DNA from: a virus
Length of the DNA stretch: 50,023 bases
Strand: one strand, 5' to 3'
Virus record (IMG/VR): IMGVR_UViG_3300045988_155579
Position 1 is the first letter of the stretch. Each line of letters begins with the position of its first letter. Shown one piece after another: positions 1-7,161 of this stretch. Both the position numbers and the translations under genes were made by a program. The notes beneath the pieces are model-generated. The model was given only the letters and a program-made list of their open reading frames with translations, was not told where the DNA came from and made no database searches.

Positions 1-55
1 AAAATGCAGAATGGAGTTTCGGATATGCTCAAGCTGCTTTTTTGTGTGCTTTTTC
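1..55. repeat. 55-bp terminal direct repeat, left copy (identical to 49969..50023)
   Basis: aaaatgcagaatggagtttcggatatgctcaagctgcttttttgtgtgctttttc occurs exactly at both window ends. Confidence 0.95.
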
Positions 56-129
56 GGGTTCCTGGGATTCGGGCTGAAACCCTCAATCGGCAGGTGATGT
101 GCCGATTCTGCCCACTTGATTTCTGCCAT
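1..129 (-). CDS. ParB-like nuclease-domain protein, N-terminal part; the gene continues as 49303..50023 across the junction (unique bases 56..129)
   Basis: The minus-strand frame is continuous with ORF 49303..49926 through the overlap. It reads MAEIKWAESAHHLPIEGFSPNPRNPKKHTKKQLEHIRNSILHFGFLDPIGVWGKDHVVVEGHGRLEA. GGAGG lies 8 nt upstream of the ATG at 127-129, and the upstream in-frame stop is at 172-174. Confidence 0.7.
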   Translation of the reverse strand, partial: MAEIKWAESAHHLPIEGFSPNPRNPKKHTKKQLEHIRNSILHF

Positions 130-293
130 GCTCTTTTCCTCCATCGTCCTTGGGTTTTTCATCACGGCGTTTCAAGCACGCCGCAAATGGGCAGTAAGCC
201 TTGCCGCTGGATGTGCTGAGATAAACGCAGCTCAAGCAGCGATATGGTGCCCTGACCTCGCTTTTTCTCATAAACGCCTCCATCAGCAGGGTA

Positions 294-329
294 CAAAAAG
301 AGCCGTCCGGGTTTTCGCCCGTCGGCTCT
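294..329 (-). terminator. Rho-independent terminator ending the DUF932 operon
   Basis: Minus-strand hairpin (gagccg..cggg / cccg..cggctc, about 300-328) followed by a TTTTTG run (complement of 294-299). It lies downstream of ORF 407..685. Confidence 0.5.
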
Positions 330-406
330 CTTCTGTTCACTTTTGACACGATAATTATAGCACGCGTAAAATAGCCTGTCACGGTCAAAACCCAGATAAA
401 AAACGG

Positions 407-685
407 TCAAATTCCGGCACTTGGCGCATTTTTCTCCGATTTTTGAATCCTCCTCATGCCGAACACCGTATCTCGGAAGCTCTCTACCTGTGCAATCAGT
501 TCATCGTGCGCCTCCGCGTTGGCCACGCAAAGCAGCCCCAACCGATTCTGTATCATATCCTGATAGTAGTCACAGATATCATTGGCCTGCTGAAGCAGAT
601 TGGTCAGGTTACCCAAATCCGCATCCGTCATGCAGTATTCATCCTGCGTTTCTTCAGGCTCAACGCAAAGTTTCGGTTTCTTCAT
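407..685 (-). CDS. Hypothetical acidic protein (92 aa)
   Basis: ORF with a GGGAG-type RBS. It is the last gene before terminator 294-329. Confidence 0.6.
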   Translation of the reverse strand: MKKPKLCVEPEETQDEYCMTDADLGNLTNLLQQANDICDYYQDMIQNRLGLLCVANAEAHDELIAQVESFRDTVFGMRRIQKSEKNAPSAGI

Positions 686-737
686 AAATTTCTCCCGTCT
701 CCCCGTCTGGCCGCTAGGTCAGCCTGCTTTTTGTTGG

Positions 738-1817
738 TCAGGCGGCCACTACCGCCGCATTGAGGCGCTGCCAATCGCTCCTGCTCATCCCCAACACCGT
801 ATAGCCGATGCTCTCCATCTCCGTCGAGCGGTCGTAGCTTTCTACATCCTGTGCCGCTCGCGTAATGGCATTGGATAAGCCATACAAGGACAAATCTCCG
901 CCGCGAATCAGATGATCGAGCACTCCGCTTCCCTCCGCTTTGTTTAAGCCGTAATCTGCGGCCGCCAGCTCCACCATCTGTGGAATGTCCGTACTGGTGA
1001 TTTTGGCTTCTTTCGCCTCCCGCATCATTTCGATCACCCGTTCAAAACGGGTCTGGTCTACCACCGCTCGAACGGTATCTCTTACCTTGAGCAGCAACGC
1101 GCGGTCATCGGCCGCCAGCGTTTCACTGCTGTACAGAGTGTAATCCTCCGCTGCTTCGTTTCCGCGCCCAACATGGTATTTTCGCGTTCTGGCATCGTTA
1201 ACCACCATACCATTGGTGCAAACCAGCCTGTATACGAGCGGCTGAATAGACATACTGCCCATGCCGACCTCGGAATTAGTAATGAGGATGCCCGATTGCA
1301 CGATATCACCGGGGACGATCTCCGCCGTCAGCCGCGGATTTACTGCCTTGAGATACATCTTGCTTTCAGTAATCTCACAGCTTTCAATCCGCACATCCGG
1401 CATTTCGGCAAGAATCGGAAGCACAGCTTCTGCAATTTCGGCATTATCGATTCGCCGATACCGTTCGGAAAGAAACGCCCTCGCGTTGCCGTCCAACGTG
1501 CGCACCATTCGCTTTTGCGGGGTCATCGTGAACCAGCTGTTCACATTCTGCGCCAGCAGTTCGGGATTCTCCGCTCGCATCTTATCATAATATTTGGCAG
1601 GGATGCCAAGCGCCGAACCGATCTGACGATGGGCAATTTCTCCAACACCCAACAGCGTACTGACGTTCTTGCTGTCATTGCGCATCATCATTTGATACGC
1701 CCCGGCTTCGACGAATCCCATCTCCAAGTTACGAGTGTCCAGCAGATAATCCCGCTTCGCGTTTCTCTGGCGCTCCAACTCCTGCGCCAGTTCCATAAGC
1801 GATCGTCCATTTTTCAT
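738..1817 (-). CDS. DUF932-family protein
   Basis: The overall sequence pattern, including LVCTNGMV, matches my recollection of DUF932 proteins of phages and conjugative elements. Start moved to MKNGRSL, which has AGGAGG 9 nt upstream. Confidence 0.7.
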   Translation of the reverse strand: MKNGRSLMELAQELERQRNAKRDYLLDTRNLEMGFVEAGAYQMMMRNDSKNVSTLLGVGEIAHRQIGSALGIPAKYYDKMRAENPELLAQNVNSWFTMTPQKRMVRTLDGNARAFLSERYRRIDNAEIAEAVLPILAEMPDVRIESCEITESKMYLKAVNPRLTAEIVPGDIVQSGILITNSEVGMGSMSIQPLVYRLVCTNGMVVNDARTRKYHVGRGNEAAEDYTLYSSETLAADDRALLLKVRDTVRAVVDQTRFERVIEMMREAKEAKITSTDIPQMVELAAADYGLNKAEGSGVLDHLIRGGDLSLYGLSNAITRAAQDVESYDRSTEMESIGYTVLGMSRSDWQRLNAAVVAA

Positions 1818-1903
1818 TTTGCATTTCCTCCTGTTGGTCATTTCATCAGCCTTTGGGGCTTTGTAGAACGCCCAGCATCCGGGCGTTCTGAAAACCTCAA
1901 CTG

Positions 1904-2128
1904 TCAGGCGTGTGCATAGCTTCTGCGGCGATCAGGCAGATACGCTTCAATGTAGATATCATCCTCGCGATCTTCCATATCGTTGGAACAAATCTCGCAT
2001 TGGAAGGTCTGGAAATCTCCGTTTGCCCCTTCCGTGTAATAGCCGGTCACACGGCAGTCCATTTTACCCGTCAACTTGCAAGCAAGCCTCTCTGCCTTTC
2101 TGATTTCTCCGCGCTTCGGTTCATTCAT
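1904..2128 (-). CDS. Hypothetical small protein (74 aa, CxxC-containing)
   Basis: Internal ATG (MNEPKRGE) with a GAGGA RBS, located just after the stop of the upstream gene at 2148. Confidence 0.5.
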   Translation of the reverse strand: MNEPKRGEIRKAERLACKLTGKMDCRVTGYYTEGANGDFQTFQCEICSNDMEDREDDIYIEAYLPDRRRSYAHA

Positions 2129-2147
2129 CGTTTTTTTCCTCACTTTC

Positions 2148-2429
2148 TCAATGCGCGTTCTTGATGCACCACTCGATTGCGTGCCCTGCATCCACAAAAG
2201 TTTGCTTGGCAACCTTCAAAAGTTCCAGTCGGCACTCCTCTGCCGAGAAGTCCTCCTCCGGGGCATCCACGAAGCCATAAACAGCGGCCTCCGTTTCTCC
2301 TTGCCAGTTCATTTGCGCAATCAGAACTCGGTCACCGAACCGCATCATGCAGTCATAGCAAGGTCTGAGGCGTGTGCTGAAGCTCTCCATGCAGATGCTC
2401 TTCGGGAAATCAATCCACTGCTTTTTCAT
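2148..2429 (-). CDS. Hypothetical protein (93 aa)
   Basis: Start set at MKKQWIDF (AAGGAG upstream). The longer ORF start at 2471 would sit on the predicted transcription start. Confidence 0.55.
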   Translation of the reverse strand: MKKQWIDFPKSICMESFSTRLRPCYDCMMRFGDRVLIAQMNWQGETEAAVYGFVDAPEEDFSAEECRLELLKVAKQTFVDAGHAIEWCIKNAH

Positions 2430-2473
2430 ATCGCGTTTATCTCCTTGTTCTTTATGTTTAACTTGTTGCATAT

Positions 2474-2502
2474 ATAATACACCATGTTAAATCGCATGTC
2501 AA
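2474..2502 (-). promoter_or_regulatory. Sigma70-type promoter for the DUF932 operon
   Basis: Minus strand reads TTGACA (2497-2502), 17-nt spacer, TATTAT (2474-2479). Confidence 0.5.
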
Positions 2503-2545
2503 TATGTTTTCTAAACTTTTTATTTATCTTTTTGGATTTTTTCTC

Positions 2546-2575
2546 TTTACACATGAATCCTACATGCGATATAAT
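2546..2575 (+). promoter_or_regulatory. Sigma70-type promoter for the lone plus-strand HTH gene
   Basis: TTTACA (2546-2551), 18-nt spacer, TATAAT (2570-2575). It is divergent from the promoter at 2474-2502. Confidence 0.55.
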
Positions 2576-2595
2576 GGGTGCTGGAAGGTGATATA

Positions 2596-2829
2596 ATGTT
2601 TTCTTTTAACAAACTCTGGAAACTTCTGATTGATTTGGGCATGTCAAAGACTGAATTTCGGCAAAAAGTCGGACTTTCTTCTACGACAGTTGCCGCAATG
2701 GGTAAAGGTACGGGTTTAACACCTAAAGTTCTTGCCCGCATCTGTGAAACGCTGCATTGCCAACCGGGCGACATCATGGAGTACATTCCCGGTTCTTCGA
2801 CTTCCGAATTTCCCCATGAAACAAAATAA
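2596..2829 (+). CDS. XRE/Cro-family helix-turn-helix transcriptional regulator (77 aa)
   Basis: The HTH segment MSKTEFRQKVGLSSTTVAAMGKG and the overall layout resemble small XRE repressors. Start set at MFSFNKLW, with a GAAGGTGA RBS. Confidence 0.8.
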   Translation: MFSFNKLWKLLIDLGMSKTEFRQKVGLSSTTVAAMGKGTGLTPKVLARICETLHCQPGDIMEYIPGSSTSEFPHETK

Positions 2830-2830
2830 A

Positions 2831-2855
2831 GGCGTCGAAATCGACGCCTTTTCTT
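2831..2855. terminator. Bidirectional rho-independent terminator between convergent genes
   Basis: The ggcgtcga/tcgacgcc stem is flanked by aaaataaa on one side and ttttctttat on the other. It therefore reads as hairpin plus U-run on both strands. Confidence 0.6.
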
Positions 2856-3358
2856 TATGCCTCATTCATCTGTTGCGACACCTCGACCATGCGCTCCAAT
2901 CCTTGGCGCATCACATACTTGAGCGCTCCCTCGGTCATCCAGTCCCCGTATTCATCCGAGTATCGTTTCACCGTTTCCCGCCAGCGCAACCCGCTGACCA
3001 GATGCGCCATAATAACAAACCGCTCACGTTCCAGCAGCGCGGAGAGGAGGATATCAAGCATGTTTTTTCTGGCTTTGAGGCTTTCCAATTCCTGTGTATC
3101 CGCTCGGAGACTATCTATGTCGGCCATCGGCAAATCATTCATCAGCACCATAGCCGTCCGCTCCGTCGGGCTGATCGGTGATCCGTGCGCCACGGGCATA
3201 TCTGTAATTTGAGGAGAACCAAGCTGCGTCCCTGCAATAAAACCTGACCCCCTGTCCAGACTGGCTTCTGCTCGGCGAATGCGATACGTAAGCACATCCA
3301 TCCGCGTACACATTTTACGGTAGTCATACAGGTACGTCATCAGTTTTGTCTTCGTCAT
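2855..3358 (-). CDS. Putative late-gene transcriptional activator (sigma-70 region-4-like, ArpU/RinA-type)
   Basis: The C-terminal segment LLERERFVIMAHLVSGLRWRETVKRY resembles sigma region 4 and phage activators. It is the last gene of the early operon. The functional call is tentative. Confidence 0.5.
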   Translation of the reverse strand: MTKTKLMTYLYDYRKMCTRMDVLTYRIRRAEASLDRGSGFIAGTQLGSPQITDMPVAHGSPISPTERTAMVLMNDLPMADIDSLRADTQELESLKARKNMLDILLSALLERERFVIMAHLVSGLRWRETVKRYSDEYGDWMTEGALKYVMRQGLERMVEVSQQMNEA

Positions 3359-3584
3359 ACGCGCTCCGCTCCTCCTCCGTCATTATTCCCAGCAGTAATG
3401 CACGGTCAAGAACCAGCTTTCTAAGCTGCATCGCCTTACTTATCGCCCGGTTTGCCGTTTCTGCCAATTCGATGGCAGCTTTCGCCTTTTTGTCTGCCGC
3501 CTGCCAGACTGCTTGCCACATTGCCGCCGCTCCGAGTGCAAAAGCCACGCTCGCCAGCACCATCAGTTTCACGATCTCCAGCAT
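3324..3584 (-). CDS. Small membrane protein (86 aa)
   Basis: N-terminal hydrophobic helix (VLASVAFALGAAAMW) and a GGAGGAAAGC RBS. Confidence 0.6.
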   Translation of the reverse strand: MLEIVKLMVLASVAFALGAAAMWQAVWQAADKKAKAAIELAETANRAISKAMQLRKLVLDRALLLGIMTEEERSAYDEDKTDDVPV

Positions 3585-3612
3585 GCTTTCCTCCGTTCCC
3601 CCACGCTATCGC

Positions 3613-4089
3613 TTAAAACGGCAGTTGGTCGTCGTCCACCTCGGTGAACCCGCCGTAGTCGCCATGATGCTGTGGAGCACTATCCGTCCTGCCGTCCTTG
3701 CCGGCCGCCTCGATATAGCCGTCCTGTGGGGCGCTCGTCGGTGCGCCGAAACTACCGCTGTTCTTTTGCGACTGCGATGTTAGAAATTCGACTTCCTCCG
3801 CGACGATATCCCACGCTACCCGCTTCGCGCCGTCTTTGGCCTCATAAGTGCGCGTTTGAATCGAACCCGTCACCGCAACTTTTCTTCCCTTGGACAGGTA
3901 GCGGCTGCAAAGCTCGGCCAACTGCCGCCATGCGACAACGTTCATAAAATCCGTCTCCTGCTGCCCGGTTTGAGAATTACGAAACCGTCGATTCACCGCG
4001 ACGGTAAAGTTGCAAACGGGCGTACCTGCGCTCGTACTTTTCAGCTCCGGGTCTCTCGTCAGGTTTCCGATCAGAAATACTTTGTTCAT
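3613..4089 (-). CDS. ssb: Single-stranded DNA-binding protein
   Basis: Canonical OB-fold N-terminus MNKVFLIGNLTRDPEL and the acidic C-terminal tip DDDQLPF. Confidence 0.95.
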   Translation of the reverse strand: MNKVFLIGNLTRDPELKSTSAGTPVCNFTVAVNRRFRNSQTGQQETDFMNVVAWRQLAELCSRYLSKGRKVAVTGSIQTRTYEAKDGAKRVAWDIVAEEVEFLTSQSQKNSGSFGAPTSAPQDGYIEAAGKDGRTDSAPQHHGDYGGFTEVDDDQLPF

Positions 4090-4384
4090 TCCCCTTTTTC
4101 CCCCGTTTCTTTTCGTCCGTATGGCATATCTGGTCTATTTCTTCATCACGCCGACGCTTTTCTTCGTCAAGTGCCCTCTGCGTGACTCTCATACAGGAAT
4201 ACGAACAGAAATACACATATCCGTCAGCTTTCCCCTTGGCTTTCATGGACAGTTTATAAGCATGCTGCGGTGTTTTATAGAACGGTTTCCCGCACTGCCA
4301 GCACTTACAACGCGTCCGACTTACCATTCCGCCATCCAGCGATGCCGTTCCATGAATGAACTCGTGAATTTTAGAATCACTCAT
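3977..4384 (-). CDS. Hypothetical zinc-ribbon-like protein (135 aa)
   Basis: Has a CKCWQCG ... FCSYSC cysteine pattern. The start codon forms an ATGAGTGA overlap with the macro-domain gene stop. The 3' end overlaps ssb by 113 nt. Confidence 0.55.
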   Translation of the reverse strand: MSDSKIHEFIHGTASLDGGMVSRTRCKCWQCGKPFYKTPQHAYKLSMKAKGKADGYVYFCSYSCMRVTQRALDEEKRRRDEEIDQICHTDEKKRGKKGNEQSISDRKPDERPGAEKYERRYARLQLYRRGESTVS

Positions 4385-5039
4385 CCGGCACAGCCTCCTT
4401 CTCCTGCTGCGGCTCATCTCTGGGGTGATCTTCTGGGATGCCGCACATATTATGCCAGCGCGTGTGCATATCATAGGCGTGCATCCATGTCATATCGCTC
4501 TTCTTCCATTCCCGTAACCCGTCCCGAATACCGTAAAGCATCTGGTACAGTGCCGAATCAACCGTCATTCCGCCTGCCCCAGTTCCCATCAGCGGCATAA
4601 ACACTGCCGCGTCGGCTGTCATGCTCAGCTCGTTTTTCACCGTCAAGACGGCCGCGCGCGCCGCCTGATAGACGTAATCTGTGCCGACAATCTCCATCGG
4701 AATCTGCATGGTCGGCACGTAGATGACATTGGGGGAATTTGCAACTTTCGCCCGAAGTGCCGTCCCGATGGGCATTTCTGGCCCATACAGCTGGGCAATC
4801 CTCGTCTGGATGCGTCCTTCGATGCCCGGCCACGTCTGCGCAACAGCCAAATCAACGCCGCCGTCCATCAGCCCAAAGCTGTTGCCCGAAGTCACGACAA
4901 CATCCCTGCCCGTGACTTTCCCATGCTGCGCCAAATCTTCCAGCTTACCGCATACGGCCTGCATAGTCTTTTCCCGCTTCACGGCATTAGAAATGAACTC
5001 GCACACATCCTGATTGGGATGAAAAAAGATGATCTTCAT
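4377..5039 (-). CDS. Macro-domain (ADP-ribose binding/hydrolase-like) protein
   Basis: The glycine-rich loop TSGNSFGLMDGGVDLAV and the later MPLMGTGAGG resemble macrodomain phosphate-binding loops. Assigned from motif memory only. Confidence 0.55.
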   Translation of the reverse strand: MKIIFFHPNQDVCEFISNAVKREKTMQAVCGKLEDLAQHGKVTGRDVVVTSGNSFGLMDGGVDLAVAQTWPGIEGRIQTRIAQLYGPEMPIGTALRAKVANSPNVIYVPTMQIPMEIVGTDYVYQAARAAVLTVKNELSMTADAAVFMPLMGTGAGGMTVDSALYQMLYGIRDGLREWKKSDMTWMHAYDMHTRWHNMCGIPEDHPRDEPQQEKEAVPDE

Positions 5040-5146
5040 GCGTCTTTTTCCTTTCTCACACTTTGCTTTCGTCGATTTTTGATGACAGATATGACCAAAA
5101 CACCGCTAACAACGTACTGCAATAATCCAATGGGCTTCCGGACCAT
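5036..5146 (-). CDS. Candidate micro-ORF (36 aa, one hydrophobic helix): MVRKPIGLLQYVVSGVLVISVIKNRRKQSVRKEKDA
   Basis: Below the ORF-track size cutoff. It has a TGATG start overlap with the upstream micro-ORF and an ATGA stop overlap with the macro gene start. Confidence 0.3.
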   Translation of the reverse strand: MVRKPIGLLQYVVSGVLVISVIKNRRKQSVRKEKDA

Positions 5147-5238
5147 CAGCGCGCTTTCTTTCTTTTCTTCGTCGGTTTATTGCTCATCGTCAGGTATCCC
5201 GTTTTCTTTTTACGAAACAGCTTGCCCAGAATCTTCAT
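5146..5238 (-). CDS. Candidate micro-ORF (30 aa, highly basic): MKILGKLFRKKKTGYLTMSNKPTKKRKKAR
   Basis: GGGAG lies 10 nt upstream of the ATG at 5236-5238. It fills an otherwise empty 214-nt gap. Confidence 0.3.
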   Translation of the reverse strand: MKILGKLFRKKKTGYLTMSNKPTKKRKKAR

Positions 5239-5253
5239 TTTTGTTTGCTCCCT

Positions 5254-5577
5254 TCATCTCGCAAAAAACTCGCCGATGCGGCTTCTTGCATATTCTTCTT
5301 CCGTTGCGCTGAACCAATATTGAACGATTGCACCGTTCTTTTCCCCCTCAATGCAGATTCGGTACTGTGGCCCATGGCTGGTGCTGCTCGACCTGCCCGT
5401 ATCCGCATCATAGCGATATGATGAATAGGCCGCTGTATAGCCCTTATCCACCACAATTCCGCACTGAATCGAATTGCGTTCATTTTCAACAAAACCGACA
5501 ATGCCAAGGGCAATCAGGCACATGAGCACCGCAAAAAAGACCATTACGCCGATGAATCCCCAGTCAATCCGCCTCAC
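5254..5577 (-). CDS. Membrane-anchored hypothetical protein
   Basis: TM helix GFIGVMVFFAVLMCLIALGIVGF. Start tentatively placed at the GTG at 5575-5577 to limit overlap with the upstream gene. Confidence 0.5.
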   Translation of the reverse strand: MRRIDWGFIGVMVFFAVLMCLIALGIVGFVENERNSIQCGIVVDKGYTAAYSSYRYDADTGRSSSTSHGPQYRICIEGEKNGAIVQYWFSATEEEYARSRIGEFFAR

Positions 5578-5959
5578 CTTGCACCTCCATTTTCTCTGCC
5601 GCTTTAATCCATTCTCTCGGAATCCGTCCATTGAAAGCCCTCCACTGCTCTGAATATGGATATCCATCAAAAACAATTTTCGCACCGGGAACGGCTTCGG
5701 AAAGCTGCTGCCTATCGAAAATATTTTTCAGCCACAAATCGGGAATTTCAATCGTCAACCGCCATGCCGTCCGGCTATACTGGACAAAGTTCTGCGTTGC
5801 CCAGCTTTGATGCGTCGGATCGGGGTCACAGGTCAGCCACACCCAGCCCGTATACATGACAAAGCCTTTCTTCTCTGGAACAGCAACTCCGCCCATCGTC
5901 AGGCCATCCTTCAAAATACGCCAGAGCAGTCTGTCAGCACAGAAATGATAAATTTTCAC
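5564..5959 (-). CDS. Hypothetical protein (131 aa)
   Basis: The GTG start forms a GTGA overlap with the upstream stop. No family recognised. Confidence 0.6.
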   Translation of the reverse strand: MKIYHFCADRLLWRILKDGLTMGGVAVPEKKGFVMYTGWVWLTCDPDPTHQSWATQNFVQYSRTAWRLTIEIPDLWLKNIFDRQQLSEAVPGAKIVFDGYPYSEQWRAFNGRIPREWIKAAEKMEVQGEAD

Positions 5960-6225
5960 GGCTTTATCCTCCTCTGCTTTTCTTCTCTGATGTCGTTTAG
6001 GAAATGCAGCCACATCGGCCGGTCGATCTGCTCATCTCCGAGGCTGTCCGCCTCGATGATGTCCCTTTCCATAACCGTCAGCGTTTTGCTGTCCAGCTTT
6101 GGCAGCAACGGCCTGATGAAATTTATCACCAGTTCCGGCATATAGGTCTGCCGACCGATGCAGTACCTCACGGCGCAAATCAGTACCGCGCCGAAGTTAT
6201 TGTTCTGGTCAGATATTTTAATCAT
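5956..6225 (-). CDS. Hypothetical phage protein (89 aa) with an AVRYCIGRQTY motif
   Basis: Start at MIKISDQ, preceded by GGGAGGGGG. Confidence 0.6.
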   Translation of the reverse strand: MIKISDQNNNFGAVLICAVRYCIGRQTYMPELVINFIRPLLPKLDSKTLTVMERDIIEADSLGDEQIDRPMWLHFLNDIREEKQRRIKP

Positions 6226-6338
6226 TCGTCGCCCCCTCCCAAGGGTGGTTCTCCATCTCTTGCTGTGTCGATTTTCTCTGCCAGCAGCGCCACTATTTGC
6301 CATGCATATCAATTTCGTGACCTCTCGAAATTGGTCTT

Positions 6339-7130
6339 CTACTTATCCCATGGGAACTGCTGAACGAAATCGACACCCATAATCCCTCGCAAGCTCGATT
6401 TCATAAAAATTGGAGTCTTTTGCTGCGCGGAACAGTATGCCAGCTCATCAATCCAGCTCTTTTCTGGAATAATCTTACCTTTCCGATTACCTGTTTCCGC
6501 ACCGACAATAATCCAATCTACACGCTGTTCCGGCGGCGTGTCGAAGTAATTTAGCCCGGTAAACGGTGCAAAAATCGGTTCGATGGAAACAAACGTCTTT
6601 GCCTTTCCACAGAAGAAATATTCCTGCATCGGATTTTCGCAAGTCGTCCCGTACCAGAATCGGTCATTGTTCAGCGGCAATATGCCCGCTTGAATCAGCT
6701 TAATATATCGTTTTGGATTCTTGGTCAGGAACAGGTAGCGATGCTGCGGCGCAGCTTTGCAAGCCTCAATTACCGCACTGATCCACTCCGTCGGCACCCA
6801 CTCGCCAAACAGATCTGCCATGCTGCACACGAAGATATCGCGCGGTTTCGTCCAGCGCATCGGCTGATTCAGCCTGTACCTATGAAATGTCGGTTTGAAC
6901 CCAAAGGGATACGGAGCATTTGTCGTCTTTCCGTCCAACCGCGTCACTTTCAACGGCTCGTTCAATTCAATGCAGGGCAAAGAACTACGGCACATCGCTG
7001 AATCATCGCTCTGGTCATGCCCTTCATAGCGTTTTGCCATGCCTCTGGCATAGCAATATAAACAACTGTGCAAACAGCCCGTAACAGGGTTCCATGTTGC
7101 ATCCGCCCAGTCGATTTTCGTTTTATCCAT
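6339..7130 (-). CDS. Phage Gp37/Gp68-family (DUF5131) radical-SAM-like protein
   Basis: The N-terminus KIDWADATWNPVTGCLHSCLYCYA is the family hallmark and contains a CX3CX2C cysteine triad. Confidence 0.85.
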   Translation of the reverse strand: MDKTKIDWADATWNPVTGCLHSCLYCYARGMAKRYEGHDQSDDSAMCRSSLPCIELNEPLKVTRLDGKTTNAPYPFGFKPTFHRYRLNQPMRWTKPRDIFVCSMADLFGEWVPTEWISAVIEACKAAPQHRYLFLTKNPKRYIKLIQAGILPLNNDRFWYGTTCENPMQEYFFCGKAKTFVSIEPIFAPFTGLNYFDTPPEQRVDWIIVGAETGNRKGKIIPEKSWIDELAYCSAQQKTPIFMKSSLRGIMGVDFVQQFPWDK

Positions 7131-7161
7131 TTTCCAACCTCATACTTTTTTGTCGAATATG

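Noticed and set aside
343-372. A fourth plus-strand consensus-like promoter (TTGACA-18-TAAAAT) antisense to ORF 407..685.
   Set aside because: Unlike the three cassettes reported, no intrinsic terminator or defined short transcript could be found downstream. It may be fortuitous or may give a long antisense RNA, so it is not called as a feature.
83-410. Minus-strand ORFs 83..388 and 162..410 near the window start.
   Set aside because: They are out of frame with the ParB-like gene, which demonstrably continues across the junction. They overlap the terminator at 294-329, and their composition is unconvincing.
1865-1889. GC-rich stem-loops in short intergenic gaps: agaacgccc/gggcgttct here, 41501-41525 after the capsid gene, and 6300-6330 after gp37.
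   Set aside because: They lack U-tracts on the transcribed strand, so they were not called as terminators. They are possibly mRNA-stabilising or processing hairpins, but there is no further evidence.
5564-5959. The idea that the 131-aa protein (IYHFC...GL...WLT) is a DarT-like ADP-ribosyltransferase paired with the nearby macro domain.
   Set aside because: The resemblance is limited to a YH-x-x motif. The protein is much shorter than DarT and lacks other recognisable ART motifs, and the genes are not adjacent. This is too weak to claim.
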